Shown here piece after piece: positions 63,219 through 64,000 of a stretch of DNA of 64,000 nt (position 1 is its first letter; each line of letters opens with the position of its first letter). Origin of the DNA: an uncultured Ruminococcus sp. (GTDB lineage Bacteria; Bacillota; Clostridia; Oscillospirales; Acutalibacteraceae). The position numbers and the translations under genes were made by a program. Below the pieces are notes generated by a model. The model saw only the letters and a program-made list of their open reading frames with translations, had not been told where the DNA came from and did no database searches. The stretch is from positions 20,943-84,942 of the forward strand of contig CACWRT010000001.1 in assembly GCA_902763365.1 (NCBI GenBank), given 5' to 3'.

Positions 63219-64000
63219 ATGGTTTTTAGTTCTACTGTATTTTTGTTTATTTTCTTACCTGTTACATATCTGCTGTACCTGATATGTAAGCCTACTGCTG
63301 TCAGAAATATAATTCTGATAATAGCCAGCCTGTTTTTTTATGCCTACGGAGAACCTATGGCGGTTTTTCTGATGATAGCGTCTATTATAGTCAATTACTT
63401 TTTTGGATTGGGAATGGACGGAAAGTATAAAAAGCCGCTTCTTATACTCTCTGTAATATTTAATTTGCTTATGCTTTATGTTTTCAAGTATCTGAGCTTC
63501 AGCGTAAGTCTGGTGAATGATATTACCGGAGCCGGGATACCCGTACCGCAGATAACTCTGCCTGTGGGAATATCCTTTTTTACATTTCAGGCAATGTCTT
63601 ATGTTATAGATGTTTATAAAGAACCAAAGCTGAAAGAAAAAAATATACTGAATATTTTTCTGTACATATCTTTATTTCCGCAGCTTATTGCGGGACCTAT
63701 AGTTAAATTTTCCGACCTTGCGGATCAGATAAAAAAACGCAGTATAACTTTGGAAAAAACAACTCTGGGCATAAGACGCTTTATATACGGTCTTGCAAAG
63801 AAGATGCTGATTGCAAATACAATGGGTCAGATCGCAGACGCAGCGTTTAATTCGGATGTAAACAATATGGGCGCAGGTGCGCTGTGGATAGGCGCGGCGG
63901 CATATACGTTTCAGATCTTCTTTGATTTCAGCGGATACAGCGATATGGCTATAGGACTTGGAAAAATGTTCGGGTTTGAATTCAAGGAGAATTTCAACTA
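63219..64000 (+). CDS. MBOAT-family O-acyltransferase (AlgI/DltB-like), 5' part; runs off the window end
   Basis: MVFSSTVFLFIFLPVTYLLY...GISFFTFQAMSYVIDVY...FPQLIAGPIVKF...FDFSGYSDMAIGLGKMFGF. AAAGGAGAAG SD. It is absent from the ORF track because there is no stop in the window. Confidence 0.9.
   Translation, partial: MVFSSTVFLFIFLPVTYLLYLICKPTAVRNIILIIASLFFYAYGEPMAVFLMIASIIVNYFFGLGMDGKYKKPLLILSVIFNLLMLYVFKYLSFSVSLVNDITGAGIPVPQITLPVGISFFTFQAMSYVIDVYKEPKLKEKNILNIFLYISLFPQLIAGPIVKFSDLADQIKKRSITLEKTTLGIRRFIYGLAKKMLIANTMGQIADAAFNSDVNNMGAGALWIGAAAYTFQIFFDFSGYSDMAIGLGKMFGFEFKENFN

Noticed and set aside
1-64000. rRNA, tRNA, tmRNA, RNase P, SRP RNA, prophage, integron, toxin-antitoxin pair or a known defence system.
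   Set aside because: I scanned the intergenic regions and all ORFs by eye. I found no tRNA-like T-arm/acceptor patterns, no integrase, recombinase or phage structural genes, no paired small ORFs with toxin motifs, and no nuclease, helicase or methylase clusters. tRNAscan, Infernal and DefenseFinder runs would be needed to make this absence firm.

Overview
This 64-kb window looks like chromosome from a low-GC Firmicute. It is probably a Ruminococcus-like member of the Clostridia, inferred from a type I dockerin protein, a membrane-anchored GH13 pullulanase, single-chain PurL and DUF951/DUF4830 genes.

**Coding content.** I count about 50 protein genes.
- Most are housekeeping: nusA (partial), rimP, rmuC, secA, birA, asnB, gap, prfA, tsaC/sua5, coaE, murA, rlmH, mltG, ROK glucokinase, purL, cls, gpsA, an SDR epimerase and an MBOAT (partial).
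- These are interleaved with many small Ser/Glu-rich lipoproteins and surface proteins.
- I found no rRNA, tRNA, CRISPR array, cas gene, intact transposase, recognisable riboswitch or known defence gene.

**Non-coding DNA (the unusual part).** Almost every long intergenic gap is a mosaic of a few recurring repeat modules.
- A 153-bp MITE-like element has perfect 13-bp terminal inverted repeats and an 11-bp flank duplication (44438-44590). An older copy sits at 20296-20448 and a recombined copy at about 61655-61755.
- A second TIR-bounded element lies at 53508-53605.
- A ~115-nt module occurs in 4-5 copies.
- A tandem array of four GC-rich hairpins lies at 39756-39850. Their stems differ in sequence but stay perfectly complementary.
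- Heptanucleotide microsatellites sit just upstream of ribosome-binding sites.

**Best protein-level candidates for something new.** These are a divergent gene pair.
- One is a membrane-tethered, degenerate sigma-70-like protein (42723-44405, minus).
- The other is a 1122-aa protein with a degenerate AAA_16/STAND-like region, TPR repeats and a GGDEF domain (45065-48433).

**Decay features.**
- An IS1182-family transposase remnant broken by an 11-bp tandem duplication.
- A 32-codon rfbA stub.
- A lipoprotein gene split at an A7 tract.

All functional calls are from motif recognition by eye. No database search was run.
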